Source of the DNA: Actinomycetes bacterium
GTDB taxonomy: Bacteria; Actinomycetota; Thermoleophilia; Solirubrobacterales; JACPNS01
Direction of reading: 5' to 3'
Assembly: GCA_023404495.1 (NCBI GenBank)
Contig: JAEYBE010000045.1
Coordinates: forward strand, 6,970-70,969
Length of the DNA stretch: 64,000 bases
Shown: positions 59,990-64,000 of the stretch, piece by piece
How positions within the stretch are numbered: position 1 is the stretch's first letter
How the letters are laid out: every line of letters begins with the position of its first letter
Program-made: the position numbers and the translations under genes
Notes under the pieces: generated by a model
What the model was told of the DNA's origin: nothing
The model's input: only the letters and a program-made list of their open reading frames with translations
The model's database searches: none

Positions 59990-62900
59990 TTAGGAGAGCT
60001 TGCAGCCCTTCTTCTTTTTCTTCTTCTTGTTCTTGTTGGGCTTGCCGCCGCTCGACTTCTTCGGAGGCTTGGTTTCGATGAACCGCGATTGGCCGGCGCG
60101 CAAGTCGAAGCAATTGCCGTGGATTGGGCGCACCTCTACGACTCCGCGCGCGACCTTGAAGAGAGTGCCGCCGTCGTAGTTGGCGACGTACCAAACGGTT
60201 CCGCGGACGGTCGCCGAGCCGCCTTTGCCAGACGTGCGGAAGCGGCCGCGCCCGCTTCCCCAGAGGCCATTCCGCTTCTTTCCACGCCGCGCAATCTGGG
60301 CACCACGGAACGGATTGACCCCTGCCCGCGGGATACTCGCCGCGGCTGCGTTGGCACCCGGCACCAAGTCGTCGCGCAGTTTGACCAGCGAAATCGGGTT
60401 GTCGCCGGGTAGCTGGAAGACCTGGAAGATGCCGCCCCAGAACTCCGAGGTGTAGGTCGACCCGTCCTTGTTCGCCAGCGTGACCTGTGCCTTGCCGGTG
60501 CGAGTGTCGATCACCGTGCCGATCGGGACGTTCACAGCCTCCTGGACCGGGATCCACTCGTCTGAGCCGGGAAGCTTGATCAAGACGTCGCCAGTCTTTG
60601 GTTCGAGGTTTGTCGATTGACGAACGACTGGCTCAACGAACGCGGTGACGGGCGGCGAGTAGGTGACGCTCACGCTGGCAGCGCCCGCGCGGCCGGCCTC
60701 ATCGGTGCACGTCACGGTGATCGTGTTGGCACCTTCTTTCAGGCTCACGTGGGCGCCGCTCTGCAGAGAGCAGCTTGGCTCGGCGTCTGTGTCGTCAGAG
60801 ACGGTGTAGTTGACGATTGCCGAATCAAGCGAGCTGACGTAGCCATCGGTCGGATCAGTGATCTCCACATCCGGCGCCGCGGCGTCATAGGTGACTGTGA
60901 CCTGAGCCTGGGAGAGAGTGCCCGCGGCGTCGCGACATCCGACGAATATCTCATTGGTGCCCGGAGCCAGTTCGCTGGCGCCCGTGTCCGGGTCGCCCGC
61001 GTAACCATCCGGAATGATGACGCTGGTGCACGTGGGCTCCACCGGATAGTTGTCGGTCGCCGTGTACTGAATGTCCGGGTTGGGGTCGGTCAGCAGCGCG
61101 CCGTCTGCCGGCGAGTCAATCGCAATCTCGGGGGCCTCGCCGTCGTAGTAGACGCTGACCGATGCGCTGGCCGCGTTTCCGGCGTTGTCCAGGCAGTTCA
61201 CGGTGATCGTGTTCTCGCCCGGGACCAGGTTGACTGTCTCGCCGTCAGTCTGGTCACAGCTCGGGGACGTATCGTGACCGTCGGAGACGCTGAAGCTGAG
61301 GGTCACGCTCGAGTCGCTGGTGACAGACTGATCGTCCGGCGCGGTGATCTGCACGAGCGGGTCTTCATCGTCGTAGTAGACGCTGACCGACGCACTGGCC
61401 GTATTGCCGGCGTCGTCCTGACAGTTCACGGTGATCGTGTTCTCGCCGGGGGTCAAGCTGACTGTTTCTCCGTCCGTGTGGTCACAGCTCGGGGACGTAT
61501 CGAACGCGTCCGAGACACTGAAGCTCAAGATCGCACTCGACTCGTTGGTCACGGACAGATCTCCCGGCGAGGTGATCTGCACGAGTGGGTCTTCGACGTC
61601 GTAGTAGACCAAGATCGTTGCCTGGCCGACATTGTTGCTCGCGTCGGTACATGAGACGGTGACTTCGTTCTCGCCCGGCATCAGCACGTAGTCGGCACCG
61701 GAAACGAAGTCGCAGTCGGGGCTGGGATCACGGTCGTCGTTGACGCTGAAGACGACCGGAACAGTCGGACTTGTCGTCGAGATCCCATCGTCCGGGTCTT
61801 CGATCGTCACCGTGGGCGGCGACGTGTCCGGCGGTCCAACCTCGATCGACTGGGTGTAGACAGCACTCGGACCGTTGCGCGTCATCACTTTGAACGAGAC
61901 CGCATCCGCGCCCCCATAGTCGTTGTGCGACCGGTAGCTGATCGCACCGTCGTTGTCGACCAGATCGGCACTTCCATGCTCGGGTTCCGTGACGATTGTG
62001 AACTCCTTGATCGTCGATCCGTCGGAGTCCGCGCATTCGAGCGGAAGCGTGGTTGCCGCTTCGCTCACCACGGTGATCGGAGCGCTCGTGTCGCAAGTCG
62101 GCGCATCGCCGGCGGCGAGCCTGTCGGCCCGTATGCCGGTGCTGGTGCCGAAGAAGTCCGAGAGCCCGGGGGCGCCTGAGAAGCCGGCGTTGGCATTGCC
62201 GAAGTCGTCGTCACCGGCGCTGCCCAGGTAGCGACCAGTACCGAGGCCGAAGACCTCGACCACGTCGCTCTTGACGCCAAAGAGTCGGCCAGAGCCATGG
62301 TCGACGTGGAGAGCGATGAAGCCGCCGGCAGTGGGCGAATGGGCAGTCGGCACCCCGACGTCCGTGAAGTCGCGCCCGTAGCCCTGGATCTTGTCCGTGC
62401 CGTCGATTGCCGCGTAGAGCCTGCCATTCACTGGATCGACGGCGAGCGCGCCGGGTCCGACCGTGTTCGTCCAAAGCGAGGCGGGCGATATCTGCCTGAT
62501 CCAGTCGATCGAACTCTTTCCGGTTTTCGTTTTGAACTGGAGGAGCACGCGCCTGCCGACCGAGCTCATGTAGATCGAGGCATACCCGACCCGTGCGGCG
62601 GTCGGATCGACCGCCAGACCTTTGATTTGCTCGATTCGGGCGCCGGTCTTGAAAGTGTCGATCGAGAATTCAGGCTGGACGTTTACTGGATGGCCGTTCG
62701 GATCGAGCTTCGGGCGCGGGTAGACAAATATGCGGTCAAGTCCGCGGTCGGCGACAAACAGCTTGTTGCCGACCGGGTCAAACCCCATGCCGACGACCGT
62801 GTTCAGTCCTGTCGCTGTCGCGATCGGCGAACCGCCGAGCAGTTGGTCAAACCCGCGCAGCTGGTCGCCGCCGGCCCTCCGGTCGACCACCCAGACGTAC

Positions 62901-63127
62901 TTGCCTTGGCCCGCGGTGCCTTCAGCAAGGACGAGTCCAGTGCCCTCAAAGGACGACGTGTTGAGTTGGCCCGTGCTGGAAAACACGCTTGCGCCGGCGG
63001 AAGCCGGGAGCGCCAAGGCCGCGATTGCGAGCAGGGCGGCGCCGACTACCGTCAGAAGTCGGGAGTGCACGCGTGTGAGTGTGGGCGCGAAAAATTGCCG
63101 CACGAAGCTGCCGAGAGTGCCTCGCAT
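59990..63127 (-). CDS. large secreted multidomain protein: beta-propeller-like N-terminus, five HYR-like repeats, FecR-like C-terminal domain, poly-Lys tail
   Basis: Signal peptide LLTVVGAALLAIAALALPASAGA. Five repeats of about 76 aa with the pattern SPSCD..DGETV.L.PGENTITV.C.D.AGN. C-terminus: GDVLIKLPG...VRGTVWYV...VARGVVEV, then KPNKNKKKKKKKGCKLS. Confidence 0.75.
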   Translation of the reverse strand: MRGTLGSFVRQFFAPTLTRVHSRLLTVVGAALLAIAALALPASAGASVFSSTGQLNTSSFEGTGLVLAEGTAGQGKYVWVVDRRAGGDQLRGFDQLLGGSPIATATGLNTVVGMGFDPVGNKLFVADRGLDRIFVYPRPKLDPNGHPVNVQPEFSIDTFKTGARIEQIKGLAVDPTAARVGYASIYMSSVGRRVLLQFKTKTGKSSIDWIRQISPASLWTNTVGPGALAVDPVNGRLYAAIDGTDKIQGYGRDFTDVGVPTAHSPTAGGFIALHVDHGSGRLFGVKSDVVEVFGLGTGRYLGSAGDDDFGNANAGFSGAPGLSDFFGTSTGIRADRLAAGDAPTCDTSAPITVVSEAATTLPLECADSDGSTIKEFTIVTEPEHGSADLVDNDGAISYRSHNDYGGADAVSFKVMTRNGPSAVYTQSIEVGPPDTSPPTVTIEDPDDGISTTSPTVPVVFSVNDDRDPSPDCDFVSGADYVLMPGENEVTVSCTDASNNVGQATILVYYDVEDPLVQITSPGDLSVTNESSAILSFSVSDAFDTSPSCDHTDGETVSLTPGENTITVNCQDDAGNTASASVSVYYDDEDPLVQITAPDDQSVTSDSSVTLSFSVSDGHDTSPSCDQTDGETVNLVPGENTITVNCLDNAGNAASASVSVYYDGEAPEIAIDSPADGALLTDPNPDIQYTATDNYPVEPTCTSVIIPDGYAGDPDTGASELAPGTNEIFVGCRDAAGTLSQAQVTVTYDAAAPDVEITDPTDGYVSSLDSAIVNYTVSDDTDAEPSCSLQSGAHVSLKEGANTITVTCTDEAGRAGAASVSVTYSPPVTAFVEPVVRQSTNLEPKTGDVLIKLPGSDEWIPVQEAVNVPIGTVIDTRTGKAQVTLANKDGSTYTSEFWGGIFQVFQLPGDNPISLVKLRDDLVPGANAAAASIPRAGVNPFRGAQIARRGKKRNGLWGSGRGRFRTSGKGGSATVRGTVWYVANYDGGTLFKVARGVVEVRPIHGNCFDLRAGQSRFIETKPPKKSSGGKPNKNKKKKKKKGCKLS
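61142..61597. repeat. two near-identical tandem 228-bp units inside the HYR-repeat gene
   Basis: The units start with GTCGTAGTAGACGCTGACCGA at 61142 and 61370, and the next unit boundary is at 61598. They stay in frame (76 aa each). Confidence 0.8.
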
Positions 63128-63276
63128 GAACAGCAATGTACGGCAATTCCGCGAGAAACGCAATGTACAAGTGGAGCACGCCGCTAACAGAGCCTTGTAC
63201 AGCTGCGCAACGAATGGCGTTCGTCACGGACTAGGTCGCTCGCACTCTGCTACCCGCTCGGCGTTAGGGTTGCCCC

Positions 63277-64000
63277 ATGAGCGAGGTCACATACGAGCGC
63301 GTCGGCGCGGCAAGCGTCGTGACGATCAATCGGCCCGAACGCCGCAACGCGGTTGACGGCCCGACGGCCGATCAGCTCCAATCAGCATATGAGCAGTTCG
63401 TCGCGGACGACGGAGCGCTCTGCATGGTGCTGACCGGCGCCGGCGGCGAGGCATTCTGCGCGGGCGCGGATCTGAAGAACATCCCGTCGTTTGCCGACCG
63501 GCTGATGTCGGAATCCGGACCAATGGGTTTCTCGCGGATGATCTCGCCCAAGCCGACGATCGCGGCGATCTCCGGCTGGGCACTGGCGGGCGGACTTGAG
63601 CTCGCGCTCTGGTGCGACCTGCGGATCTGCGCTGAAGGGTCGACGTTCGGTTTTGCCGAGCGACGCTGGGGGGTGCCGTTGATCGACGGCGGCACGCAAA
63701 GGATCGCGCGTGTCGTGGGTCTTGGGCGCGCGATGGATCTGCTGCTGACCGGGCGGATGGTCGAGCTCGACGAGGCCGAGGAGATCGGACTTGTGACCCG
63801 TCGCGTGCCGGCCGGCGAACACCTGAATGCGGCGCTGGAGCTGGCCGAGCAGCTCGCAGCATTCCCGCGCGAGACGATGTTGGCCGATCGCACAGCGATG
63901 CTCGCGGGGATCGGCCGGTCGCTTGAAGAGGGCCTGAAGATCGAGGCCGAGAACGGGCCGGCGACCGCGGTCGTAGCAGCAACCGGCGCGGGGAAGTTCG
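63277..64000 (+). CDS. enoyl-CoA hydratase/isomerase family protein (3' end runs off window)
   Basis: Manual translation from ATG 63277 gives MSEVTYERVGAASVVTINRPERRNAVDG...LTGAGGEAFCAGADLK...AAISGWALAGGLELALWCDLRI. No stop lies before the window end. Confidence 0.8.
   Translation, partial: MSEVTYERVGAASVVTINRPERRNAVDGPTADQLQSAYEQFVADDGALCMVLTGAGGEAFCAGADLKNIPSFADRLMSESGPMGFSRMISPKPTIAAISGWALAGGLELALWCDLRICAEGSTFGFAERRWGVPLIDGGTQRIARVVGLGRAMDLLLTGRMVELDEAEEIGLVTRRVPAGEHLNAALELAEQLAAFPRETMLADRTAMLAGIGRSLEEGLKIEAENGPATAVVAATGAGKF

Noticed and set aside
1-64000. Search for CRISPR arrays, rRNA genes, and IS elements with terminal inverted repeats.
   Set aside because: I saw no regularly spaced short repeats, no rRNA-like conserved stretches, and no DDE transposase-like translations. 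This was inspection by eye only, so short or degenerate elements could have been missed.

Overview
GC-rich, actinobacterium-like chromosomal segment, densely coding on both strands. I support about 70 CDS, 5 tRNAs (Lys-TTT, Glu-TTC, Val-TAC, Asp-GTC, Thr-CGT) and one tRNA fragment. I saw no rRNA and no CRISPR array. All calls rest on reading the supplied translations and the DNA by eye; no searches or statistics were run, and GC statements are qualitative.

Backbone content:
- Regulators: MerR, 2 ArsR, 2 TetR.
- Two MMPL/RND transporters flanking two convergent NarL-type two-component systems, plus a cytochrome P450.
- An sqr-DUF2892-MMPL operon and a ppx-ppk1 polyphosphate operon.
- Metabolic and stress genes: glutamate decarboxylase, secretory lipase, 1-Cys peroxiredoxin, two crotonases, SDR, PEP synthase, Zn-ADH.
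- Many signal-peptide proteins of unknown function.

Accessory or unusual content:
1. A 5.3-kb integrative element in tRNA-Thr, bounded by perfect 56-bp direct repeats. It carries a tyrosine integrase, a Xis-like HTH protein, a Rep_trans-like initiator, and a NotI-fold endonuclease coupled to a Dam-class adenine methyltransferase. A RelE/ParE-RHH toxin-antitoxin pair lies just outside it.
2. A REP-RAYT-REP unit (HUH/Y1 domesticated transposase flanked by about 44-bp palindromes), with a third REP copy 11.6 kb away.
3. A tandem array of four secreted paralogs built from a domain I do not recognise (W-x2-W-G/N ... C ... Y-T-R).
4. A YkuD L,D-transpeptidase homolog with Ser at the catalytic Cys position.
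5. A roughly 1050-aa secreted protein with five HYR-like repeats, two of them near-identical at DNA level, and a poly-lysine C-terminus.

Two edge-truncated genes that are absent from the ORF track were recovered by manual translation (1..987 minus strand, 63277..64000 plus strand).
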